From: Lama guanicoe
Taxonomy: Eukaryota
Direction of reading: 5' to 3'
Length of the DNA: 64,000 nucleotides
Assembly (NCBI GenBank): GCA_013239625.1
Contig: MU054187.1
Coordinates: 496,001 to 560,000 of the forward strand
Both the position numbers and the translations under genes were made by a program. Shown piece by piece: positions 34,497 through 45,989 of this stretch (position 1 is the first letter of the stretch; every line of letters begins with the position of its first letter). The notes beneath the pieces were generated by a model. That model was not told the DNA's origin. It saw only the letters and a program-made list of their open reading frames with translations, and ran no database searches.

Positions 34497-37400
34497 GTCA
34501 CCTCAACTCCAGGTTGAGTGTGTTTAGAGTAACAGAATCTTCCCAGAAGAGCAAACGGGGGTCACAGGGGTGAAGTAGGCACCAAGGAGCCGCTCGTGGG
34601 CGTCTGATCCGCCGCAGGTTAGCAAGCCACAGTGAGCCGTCGGCTGCCCAGCTCCTCTGGGCCCCACCCCCTTCCCTCTCCTGTCAAGGCTCCTTCATGC
34701 CCATCCTGAGCTCAGTGCTGGAGGAGAGCCTGGGATTGTCAGAGGAGCCCCTGTGTGGTCTCCTGGGAGGGGAGTCCGGCTTGGGGAGGCTGGGAGCTGA
34801 GGCAGAGGCCGCGGTGCAGGGAGGTGCAGACCCAGGCACATGGGACTGGGTGTGATTTGAGGCGTAGGAGGGTTTATCCAGAAATCCTCCCCTCAGACCA
34901 GGCATTCCTTTAACAAGACACAAACCTTCATTTAATGATAGGAGATAAAAATCTGAAAATGCAAATGCTTGGAAAATTACTGCACTGGCTTGAAGAGGTC
35001 TTGAGTTCCAGGTAAATGTGTTGCTTTACCTGAGAGAGAAGTCAGGAGGTGGGAAGCCTGTGGAGGTAGAAGGGCAGGAGATGCCTCCCAGGAGGGGAGG
35101 AGGGGAGGAGGGGCCTGGGCCCCGGGCCCCAGCTGAGTCCTTTTCTGCCCGGCCCCCGCTCTTCTGGATCTGCCTGGGACTTTGGTCATGGGATCTGGGG
35201 CCCCCGTGACCCGGGTCACAGCCAGTTTGGCCTCTGCCGGAGGAGGCTCTGGGAAGAGTGACTGGACAGGAAAAGAGGAGCTGTGTTAAGAAGTGGGTTT
35301 GGGCGACACCCGGGCATCGTGTGCAGAGCGATTACTGGAAGCTCTGGGTGGAGTCTGAGGCTTGAGGCCAAAGGTGGAGCGAGCAACTCTGCCACCCAAG
35401 TGGAGCGATGCTTGCTGAGAAATGGTGGTTTCCGGGCCTTTCGGGGAGACAGTGGGGCTGGGGAACGCCTGCCCTCGCCCTGAGCACCTGCCCCCGCCCT
35501 GGACACCCTGCGCCGGACACACCGGGGATGTGGAGGGCAGGGGCCAGATTGTAAGTTTCTAGGAAACTTCTAGGAAGCCCAAGAAACAGACAGAGCGGCT
35601 CCCCGTCCACACTGTGCTAAACAGGCCCCCTCTGGACAACACAGTCACTGGCTTCAGGGTTAGGCTGATTACCGGGGGGCAGCTCACCCAGAAAGAAACT
35701 GGAGGCAGGTGGTTCATGCTGAGTCATGCTTTTTTCTCAGACAATATGTAACGTCAAAGGAAGGAGAGGGAAAACAGGCCCAGATTCGTCTGATGTAGCA
35801 CTGTCTCTCGTTGTGATTGCTTCGTTTCCTGGTCTCACGTGGGAGGTGGTTCTCTTCTGGGACAGGATGCGGAGTGCTGCCCGTGAGGGCACTTTCAGGG
35901 CGGAACGCTGGTCGCCCTGGACAGCTGCACTCCTCTCAGCGTGCAGAGAAACGGGCGTTTCCCATAAGGTGTAGATTAACAAGTAAACACCATACCCATG
36001 TGCGTATGATGCAAAGTGCATTGAGTATCTCATGTCTGACAGAGGACTTTGCGCGTCAGAGAGCGGTGGAGGGAGGTGCCCACAGCAAACTGTCGTTCGG
36101 AGTGGGGGCCTCCATCCTGGCCCAGGCCTGGGCGGCCCTCCTCCTCTTGGCCCTGTTCTCAGTGGGCGGACAGGGCGGAGGTCACTCAGTCACAGGAACC
36201 TGGTGGCTCCATCCACGCAGACCTCGAGTAGTTAGGCCGTGCGTGGATGTGGGACAACAGGCCCTGGAGGGGCGGGTGTGTGATCTCCGAGGAGGCCCTC
36301 ATCCCCCAGGTCTCCCACTCCTGCCACTTGTTGCTGTCCCCAGCAGTGTCCTGTTGGAGCTGAGGTGGCACGCGGGGTGGGTTCCCACGGAGCAGGGCTG
36401 TGACTGGGCCGTGGCTGGTTCCTGAGGAAACGCACAAGTAACCGCTTCCACCTGCTTGCTGTTGCTGGATTTCCGCCCCACAGGACGCGCTCAGACTCCT
36501 CAGGGAACCTCCCCGCCCCTCTGCACGCGTGGGTTTTCGTGGCTACTGCTGTCGAGGCCAGATCATCCAACTCCCACGTCAGAGAGAGACAGTGGCAGAC
36601 CCCTACCCTGCACTCACCACAAGCCACTTTCTGTTCCAAACGCTTTTCAACCGTTCACGCGTTTCACATGCACAAAACTACGAGCCACTGTCACCCTCTT
36701 TTTACAGTTACGGCAGATGAAGCGTGGAGAGGCCCCACCGTGGGTGGGAGCCAAGGAGGAGCAGCCAGGTGCAGGGAAGCCCCTCTCCTGGGCTCACGTC
36801 GGGGTGAGCTGCTCCAGGAGGCCAGAGTGATCCGGGGAACTCTGCAAATCCACTTGGGCTCCCCACTTGGAGCCTGACTTAGCTGGTCATGGACTCTCTC
36901 CACCTGCATGTTTCCCGCAGCACGATCTGGGCGCACTGTGGGTTTCTGTGAACGTGTGTGTGGACAGCCTGGTGGAGGCCTGGACACCAGAGGCTCAGAC
37001 GAACCCGAGTCTGCATGTGGGTGACAAGTCACAGGCGGGTGAGAGCAGCCAGCAATTTTACCAGATACGGAGAGTTTTGACGGTGGTAGGTGACTAATTT
37101 TAGGGAAATTCATTGTAATTTAACAGGATAACTTCTGACTGGAAGACAGATTTCTTCCAAAGCTCACGGTTCCACGTGTGTCACTCGCCTGGTTGCTGAG
37201 TCCCCGTGGTCACAGGCCATCCTGGGTGGGAGACACCCTCACTTCAGTGCGCTCCCTCCTGGTGGGGCTGTGGCCTCGGAACCTCGTAGATCAGGTCCCT
37301 CACCGAGGGTCAGAGTCGGATTCACACACTTTGTGCAAAGGGCAGCCCCTCGTCACTTTGCGGACAACGTTCCGAACGGTCCGAGGTGGCCTGGTGTCCC

Positions 37401-37639
37401 TGGCGGGCGAGGGTCCTTGCTCCCCTGGGCCAGAGCTCCAGAGGGCATTTAGTATAAATCCCTGCACGTTCCCAAAGCTCACATTTTTCTAACATCAGAG
37501 CTGAACCAAAAGGCAGAGTCCCGGGGTAGCCACTCCCCAGATGACTCTCCCCTTCTGGGCGTCCTCTCGAGCTAAGGGTTAAGCACACAGGGAGGGGCTG
37601 CTAGACTTGGCGTCTGTGCTTGGTGGGAACTATTAAATT

Positions 37640-38350
37640 ACCGCTGGATGTCTTTGATTACCGCGCTCATCGGGGCCTCTGCGCTGGCCTGGGAGCCACA
37701 TGTGCCCCGCCCGCCGCGCCTGCCGGTGGGCCCCTCCGAGGCACCGGGACGCCGGGACGGAGCTGGTCCTGGCACGGGGAGAGGAAACAGCAGTAAAACC
37801 CCAAGCCGAGCGGCTTCCTGGAGCCAGGACGCTGGGGTTGGCTTAACTGCTCCAAAATGAAAAAGATTCGGGGGTTTTCAAGGAGTCCCAGGGGTGTGTT
37901 TGCCAGGCCTCAAATATGAGGTTGAATTACAGCCTCTAGCACCGCCCTCCCCGCCTCCCATTTCTTCTGGCGATTCGTCTGCTTCCTCCAGGCCGGGCGG
38001 AGGGAGGTCAGTGTGAGCCCGCGGCCCCGGCCTCACCGCCACATGAGGGCGCTCGCGGGGCCCCTTGCCGGGCAGCGGGCAGCGGGCAGCGGGCACCGCC
38101 TGGCCTGGGCTGGGAGCAGAGTGCATCAGGGGCCGGGGCTCCGAGGCCGCCCCGGGGGACGTGTCTGTTCTCTGGGGCAGAGGCCACGTCTTTTATCAGC
38201 GTCTCAGAGCCTTAAAAAAACAGCAGCACTAGTAGAGAAGACAAAAGTTCAGTAACGCACTTGGGGATTTTCTTCGGGGAGAGGAGGATTTCAGGGAGTG
38301 CCTGATGGAGGAGTGGGAGGGCGGGCGGGGCGGCTGCGGGCCGGGGGCCA
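37640..38350. promoter_or_regulatory. CpG-rich segment (weak island)
   Basis: Dense CG dinucleotides and GC boxes (GGGCGG at ~37995 and ~38320), judged by eye. Confidence 0.4.
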
Positions 38351-40089
38351 GGGTGTGGGAGCCGTCCCCCTGCGGAGGGGGGAGGAAGCCCTGGCTGGCC
38401 TCACCAGGGGACACTGGCTGAAGTCAGTGCAAGGCAGTGTTGGGGTGCACAGAGCACGGGGGGCAGGAGGGCTCACACTCGGGGGGCCCAGCTGACACCT
38501 CGCTCACCCTGCAAACCTGCAGGTTCCTTTGCTGCTTCGTGGACAGACGTCCTGGGTTGTTCCGGGAGGCACAGGCCTCCGTGGGGGGCAGGCACCAAAA
38601 GGTGCTCTCCTCCTGGGTGATGGAAACTCAAAACAGTCACAGCATTTGTAGAACAAAGGAGCACTGAGGTGTGTTCTGATGAAATCGGCAAGGAAAGTGG
38701 CAGACAGAATGGCGGTGACGTGCTGTGACATCGGGTGGCAAGGGCCCGCAGTCAGGAAAACCAGACGTCCGTCGGTGGGAGCAGGGAGGTTCTGCGTGTT
38801 CCCTTCCCAGTTCCTGGGGCGTGCAGCTTGGCGCGGGCTGCGCTGGGACCCGGGTCTTTCCCACGCACACCGATGACCAAGCTCTCGGGTCTTCTGCGGC
38901 AGGAGAGTCACCCGTGCTTGAGGCTGGGGCCTTGCTAGCAGTCTGGTCTCAGGCTCGCCCCTCTGCTCCCTTGGCGTCTGTGCTGTCCTGCCTGGCCTCC
39001 TGGGCTCCACTCGTGTGTAACACAGGCCACAGTTCTTCCTAACGTGGTCCTTGGGTTTCGTTGGTGGTGAAGGGTGTCACTGTGGTGGCACCAAGTGTTC
39101 CAGGAGGGGCCCCATTCTTCTGCGCAGAAACAGGACACTGGGAACAGCAGCTCCAGCTCCAGGAGTGGGGAGAGCACTTGTGTGACGGCAGGATGACCGG
39201 GGCACAGGGGGTGTGACGGCAGGGTGACCGGGCACAGGAGGACCCTTCCCTGACTTCCTTTGCTCCTTGGAGCCCTTGGAGAGATGGACAGTCCGACACC
39301 TTGTTCCCAGCCTGTGTCACGTGGGAGGAGGCCACACGTGTCGGGACACGGCCTCACTCCTGCCCACACGGCGAGAAAGGGTCTCCCATGTCCACGCCCT
39401 TCAGCGGGACGGGGGACAGAGCCCTGGGGGGACACTCGCTTCTGGGGGCTTGCTGTGGGCCTTTCACATACGACGGGGATACAAACACAGACCTTCCTAG
39501 AGGAGAACGGTCGTTCTTTGAAAGCCCGGCGCGGTCAGTCAGCGCTAGCAGTGGGGACGGCGAAGCCCCGGGACGGACGGATGACCGAGGGTTCTTTCTC
39601 GTCTAAGTCCCAAGGGGGCGTCCCTGCTGGAGGGGGCCGTCCTCGGAGCCACACGTCAGACACCTGGCCCCTCTCCTGGGGGCCCGCCGTTTCCCACTCC
39701 TTTAAGGTGCTTTGGCCACTATGGTGAGATCGACTCAAAGTTTGGTGAAAATGGCATTTTAGAGCAGGAGTCACCACAGTAGCAAGTAGTCCAGACTCCA
39801 TTTTTGATTGATTAACAGAGACTCAAGGAGTCTGAGGGCTTGACGAAGGTCTCAAGAGTAGGCCATAGAAAAATCAGCTTGTCGAAGCAGGAGGCTCGGT
39901 GGAAAAATAATCCTCTCGGATACAACTTAGAAATAAAATCCTCAGGCCTCTCTTGAAACAACCCAGTTTGTACATTTGGTTCTGCAGATGCTGGTGAAAA
40001 TGTGCCGAATAGGCCAGAATAGAGATAAGACTTTTCCCTTCTTCAGTAAACCAAGAAACGAAGACGCACAAAGTCCAATTAGCTCCTGG

Positions 40090-40960
40090 GGTAGACGTGC
40101 AGCGGGGGTGGGGCGGGCGGGGGCGGCGCAACAGTAGGCCCTGCACTGTCCCCTTCTTTGAACGTCCCGCTGTTCTCCACTAACGGAAGCGTCCCACGAG
40201 GCGGCAGGTGGGCTTCCAGGCTCACTGCCAAAGGCAGAGATGACGCGGGGCCGCTCTGGGCCGTGGGCCCTGGGCCCGTGGATGCGGGGTGGGGTGGGGG
40301 CGCGGGCCGAGCGGGAGTCGGCCCAGGCCCGGCTTTGCGCCCAGGAGGCGCGGATTGGCCGGCAGCGCGGGGCGTGCGCGTGTGTGCGCGGCGGAGAGGA
40401 GCTCAGAGCTTCTGAACAGAAAACAAGGAAAGGCGAGTCACGGCTGTCCTGGTGCAAAAAGTTCACACGGGGAGGGGCCGGGACGCGATGGCTGACTCTC
40501 ACCCAAGATGCGCCTTCATCCAAAGCTGGGGAGGAAACCCATCCTCTCCTCAGGGGGCTGAGTCCAGGCTCAGCGTCTCCACCTCAGAAGGTCCACACGG
40601 AGTGCGGACAGCACAGGCACCCCAGGGCCGGGAGCGACCGGGGCAGAGGTCGGGTGTGGCCACGAAGCGTCAAGTCTGTTTTCTGCCCGCGCTTCACCAC
40701 CCCCTTCCTGCCACCAAATGAAAGGCAGAAAAAAAGAGCCCACACGAAACCTCCGCAGCAGCAGGGTGGGCCCTGCACTGAAGCCCGGGAAACGTTGGGC
40801 CGCTGCCACTGCGTTAGGACCAAAGGCTCCCTGCCGGTCCCGTCGGGCAGCGCGGCCCGCGAAATCTGAGACGGTGGGGCCGACACAGGCCGCCTGCTGA
40901 GAAGGCCGGGCCGGAGTGGAGCTGCGCTCGCGTAGCTTGCACAGACGCGACGGCTGGTTT
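40090..40960. promoter_or_regulatory. CpG island / candidate regulatory element
   Basis: Very high CG density (e.g. GCGCGGGGCGTGCGCGTGTGTGCGCGGCGG), GC boxes, and an inverted CCAAT (GATTGGCC at ~40353). CpG-rich patches continue to ~42000. Confidence 0.6.
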
Positions 40961-42425
40961 GCAGAATGACTTACTTTAAGTTAGAGGAGTAAGTTGTAAG
41001 AGGAAAAATCACTGCGTTGAGCACTGCTTTGTCTCTGGTTGTCCAATCTTCAAAAGCACAAAACCTTGAAAAACCCTTGTTGAAATCTCTCTGCAAAGGC
41101 AGCCTTCCAGAATCCAACGTGTCTCCCTTCACGTTGGGTGGAAAACGGAGAGACTTGGGCCCGCGTGCTGGGACCAGGGTTGGCAGAGGGCGAGGGTAAG
41201 CCTGAAGTTTGAAGCATGTGATTCTTATCGACCCTGCAGAGCAAAGGGGAAGTAAATTACATCCATCTCAAGTGAATTCACTTCCTGAGCTCTGCGGAGA
41301 CCTGAGCGGCTTCAGTGGAGTTCTGAGGTGCTCCCGCCCAGCCAAGGCGAGGAACGCACACACCGCGGCTAAGGTGGAGACGTCTTCAGCACCGCGGGCC
41401 TTCCGGGGGCTCTGTGTAGTCACGCGGACCTGCGGCATCAGGCATCATTCTAATGTGCGCTCCGACGTTCAGATCAGCCTCCCGGTGAAGGCAGCGGCTC
41501 TGCCGGCAGTGAGGTCAGAATGAAAACACGCCGGGAGCGGGGGAGACAAAGGGCAGCTTTCTTTTCAGAGTGAAAGTCTGGGGACTGGTTGCCTTCTTTT
41601 ACTTCTTACCGTTTTGTTTTACTTTCCGGTTTCCTCTGGTTTGTGACAGCATCTTCCTTGGGCTGGGTGCGGTAAGTGTGCGATCCTTGCTGCTTCTTTG
41701 GAGAGTACAATGGAAAACCCTTCGTTTCTAGACGGGAAAAAACGAGCTGCCAGCAAAAGGCTGGGCTGCCCCGTGATCCTACGGGATGGCAGCCTTGGGC
41801 AGAGGGCTGCAGGCCAGGGAGGGGCTTCTCCCGTCTGCTCCGGCCTCCCCCAGCGCCCCCCAAACTGCACGGGCTTCAAGGAACCCCTGGTGGCCCGGTC
41901 GGTGCGGGGGCTCTTCTCCCTCGTGCACGCGCGCAGCTCAGGCGTTAAGAGCAGCAGAACCGTGCTCACCGTCAGAACGCGGGGCGCCGACCGCGTTTCC
42001 TTCCACCTCCTTCCACCTCCCTTGTTCTCTAGAGCCAGGACATCCATGATGACCTCCTGGGCAGGTTTCTGAAAAAAAAAAAAAAGATGCCTTTGTCTTA
42101 AATTCCATTAGTTTCTGAACCTCTGGAATCTCACAGGTGTCAAATTCAGCTGACCCCGTGCTTCTGCTTGAACAGAAGTGGAGCCTGGAGGGAAAGCCGT
42201 GCTGCGTGCCAGACGCAGGACCCATGAAAAGTGACAGGGGAGACTTCAGGTGGCTCTCGGTTCCGCATCACCTCTCAAGTTGGGCGGACAGGACTCTGTT
42301 CAGATTTGCCGCGACTGTCTCATTTCATCAGCGTAATGAAAACCAAACCTGACACAGATTCCTTGTTTACTAACAATGCTTTGCCTTTTTTCTCTTCTTT
42401 TCTTCAACTGGCCTGTTATGTGGCT

Positions 42426-42520
42426 GTTCATTCATTCATTCAGTCCTTAACGGGTGCCGATCATGTGTCTACGGGCACAGAAGTAAGACACAGATCCTGC
42501 CTGCGAGGGATTTATTCTTA
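42426..42520 (-). mobile_element. L2 3' end fragment
   Basis: TTCATTCATTCATTCA...GGTGCCGATCATGTG...AAGACACAGATCCTGCC matches the antisense L2 tail. Confidence 0.55.
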
Positions 42521-44589
42521 ACTCTGACATTTTAAAATTCAAGTAGAATGTCTCAGACCTTTAATTCCAAGGAACCGATCTGCCAGGGTTTGTGTGTGGT
42601 GCCTGGGTACCTGGGGTCCCGTGGCAGGCGGGGGCCTTCTGTGGGCATGACTTTTCTCACAGGACGCTTACTGTCTTAAGCGTTTGCCCAGGAAGACCCC
42701 GGATGTTCTGGGTGCTGGGCCTGGCGCTTCTTGGTGACACCAGGGTGCCAAGGACGTGCTTTTCCCCCTCAGAGTCTGCAGTGGACAGCAGGACTGCGTG
42801 TGGACACAAGGCTGCCGTGTGCTCTGGGACTTCCTGGCGTGGTGGGGGCTCTGATGTTGGGGCCACATCCCGTGCTCTGGGAGCATGACTAGTTGGACTT
42901 AGGGGGAGGGGAAGGAGGTAACCGGCCCGCGGGGGCTCTGGGAAAGGATGGCCCGGGGCGTGACAGGTGAAGCCCCTCCTGGGGTTCTGTGGGGGAGCCA
43001 GTCTGGGGGTGCTCCTCTGGCTAGGCGGCCAGGCGGCCCCTGCAGCAGACCCAACCAGATCCCACCTCCGGGAGCGTCTGGGACTCTCCAACACACGAGC
43101 CTGTGTGACCATCTAAGGCCATTCACTTGAAGAGATTTTAGGAGAACTGTCCCTGGGATCTGGGACGGTCTGGCAGACCTTGTGCTCAGAGGGAGAATGG
43201 TGATTTGGTTTCCGTTTTTAAGAGACTCTCTGCTGCCTTCATCACATGCTCCCCGAGAGTGGGAGGGTCCCACGAACAGTCCTGCAGGCACAGCAGGCAG
43301 AGCCCTGCAGGCACGCTGGCCGCTCCCGGGGGGCCTGCCCAGCGCTCAGGCTGGCAGGCCTGTGGCCCAGGTCTTGGGGCCCCTTGTCCTCTGTACCACA
43401 TTGGTCTGATTTGTTGAAAGTTTGCTTTCTTATGAGGGACACTCCTATGATTATGCAGAATTTTCAACGGCTTTACAGACCTTTCTGCCTCTCCCAGAAT
43501 CTGAAATTTCACCTTGAGGGATCTCTTCCTCCAGCAAGTCCTAACAGTTGTGAGCAGGAGGCTGTTAGAGGCTTTCGCCAGAGCTGGCTGTGACCGGTGC
43601 TGACGGGGGTGTCACCCAGCTGTCACTGGCAGCTGGGGGTGCACACAGCTGCAGGCACCGTGCAGGGAGCGCTGGGGATGAGGCACCTTCACCCATCCCA
43701 TCCCTCACGGGGGTGGGTGCGAACTGCCCCTCGGGGTCCCCAGCCAAGAGAGCAGTCGGGTGGGACAGTCTCACCTGCACACGGTGGTTCCTATGAGGTG
43801 GTTCCTCCAGCCCCTCCCTGGGCTCAGGGTCCCGGTGACATGCATGCCAGTGAGGTGCCTGGGAATGTGGCTCCGTTTCTGCTGCTCATGGGAGATTCTG
43901 GGGAGCTGAAGAGGGCCCTGTAGGCTGCCTGGGCCCGGAGCCAGCCACCCTGAGAACTGGGAAGTACAGCTACAGGCCCCTCCCAGCCTCACTCAGAGTC
44001 CCCCGGTGCGGGCTCAGAGCTGGTCCGAGCGAGTCCAGGTAGTGTCTTGTTCACTGACCTAGTTAAATGGCTGTGAGGAGGAGCTGAATCGGAAGCTCTT
44101 TCACCCCAGAATCACTGCACCTGGGAGTGGGAGGGGGACTTCGGGCTCTTCCTTCCCTGCTCTGCCGGGAGCTGTGCACCATGTGCCCAAAGCACAGGTT
44201 GGAGGCCCACAGCCCTGGCTCTGATCCTCAGGTCTGAGCTGTGTGAGCACGAACGCTTTTGCTGGAGCCTCCTTTCCAGAAAGCGAATCGCGGCCGGGAC
44301 CCCGGGCTGCCCTAATGATAGCGTGAGGCAGCCGGGAGGGCCTGGTGCTGGTGTCAAGGCCACAGCACCGTCATCACTGGCCCACGTGAGTCCGCGTGGC
44401 CCTGCTGGGCTCAGAGAGACGGATGCAGGCCTGCCCTGGGCCCTCTGGGCTGAGTGCCCTGGAAGCTGCCCTCAGGTCCTGCCCTCAGTGTCATAACAGC
44501 CGCAGGCCAAGGGCACCAGCTGGATCCTCCTGCTGCCTTGTAGCCAGGACACAGAGGGGAGAAGAACAGGCTGTGAAACAGCTCAAGAC

Positions 44590-44710
44590 CTGACATGACT
44601 TTGAAGCCAGGTCTGCTCTGTCCTGCCGGACCTGTGGGCTGCCCTTAATTCCTCTAACTCTCGGCCTCCTCGCCTATAAAATGGGGGCCCCGCAGCCTCC
44701 TCCAGGGTGG
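44590..44710 (+). mobile_element. MIR fragment
   Basis: CTTAATTCCTCTAACTCTCGGCCTCCTCGCCTATAAAATGGGG resembles the MIR core. Confidence 0.5.
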
Positions 44711-45989
44711 AGGCAGGTGTGGGCGACCCATGGAGTGGCCGGGGTTACCCGGCACATCTTCTGGCTGTGTCGCCACTGCCATCGGGACCGCTTCCAGGAG
44801 CTCTGCACAGTCCTGACCAGACGGCCCTGGGCCACTGGGGAGCTGCTTCAGCTTGCCTCCCCTATAACCCCCGGAGGGAGCCTGTCTGTGCCTTTGCCGT
44901 CTGGGTCCCGGCTCCTGACCCGGATGCTCAGCAGACAGTGGATGAGCAGTGGGTGCGGGGGGGAGGGGGCTTTCTTGCTGCCTTTCTGGAACCTCTCCCT
45001 CTCTTCTGGGGTTGAAAGAGCACAGGCGCCAGCTGTGGCCTTGGGTTCAAACCCTGGGCACTGGCTGCATCCTGGTGCCGCCGCTGACTCTCAGGAGGGT
45101 CCCCGGACGGGAGGTGTGGGACTTGTGTCCCCACCCGTCCCACAGGGCGGAGGCGCGTTCCAGCAAACCCCCCCTTTCTTAGGACATGTTATGGGACTCC
45201 AGCCAGCAGGCTGTGGTTTCTTGGTCATCGTGTTATCATTGTAATACCTTTCCTGAAGAGGGGGTTTTTGGTGTTCACTGGCTATGTTTGTACAAACGTA
45301 TGTGTTGAACATAAATGCACTAAAGTGAAATCAGGTTTATTAAAATCTTGTAAAAGCTCAGTTCTGCGCGGTCACTAGCTTGACGCAGGGCTTCAGCCTT
45401 GCACGCCCTGCAGTGTGTGGCCTGACTGCTCTCACCTAGGGGCGTGGCTGTCTCAGAGCTGGGGGCTGCCCTGGGCTGCTGGCCGGCTTGCCTCTCACTT
45501 GTTTGCCCTTTATTTGCCAGACTAATTCTGATTCTTCCTTGGTTTGATTCTTATGGACACACCTGGAGCAGAGCCCCTCACCCAAGCATAGGTATCAATC
45601 AGGTGGTGTTTCAGAATCTTTCCAAAAGGCAGTTCCTCCCAGGAAGTGTCCCTCCAATTCCAGGATGCCAGGACGGGCACCCCAGGACACAGCCAAGCGT
45701 ACGCCTCCTCTGCAGCTCCTTAGAGCAGGGCTTTTATTCCCTTCTGCTTCTTGGCCAGGGGAGACGGCACTGGGCGCCCAGGGCCCCTGAGCAGCCCGCG
45801 GGCAAGGGTGCCCCAGAGGTGGTGCGTCATGTCCGCCCAGGGAATTCCTCTGTCTGCAAGACTGCATTCATGGTGTATGGAAAAAGTTCGTGACAGAAAC
45901 ATTCTGACCTTCCTACTGTTGGAAACAGGGAGTGTGGATCCAGGAAGCTGGTTTCGGATACTTTCTTTCCTCTCCGGACTCCCCCTGCA

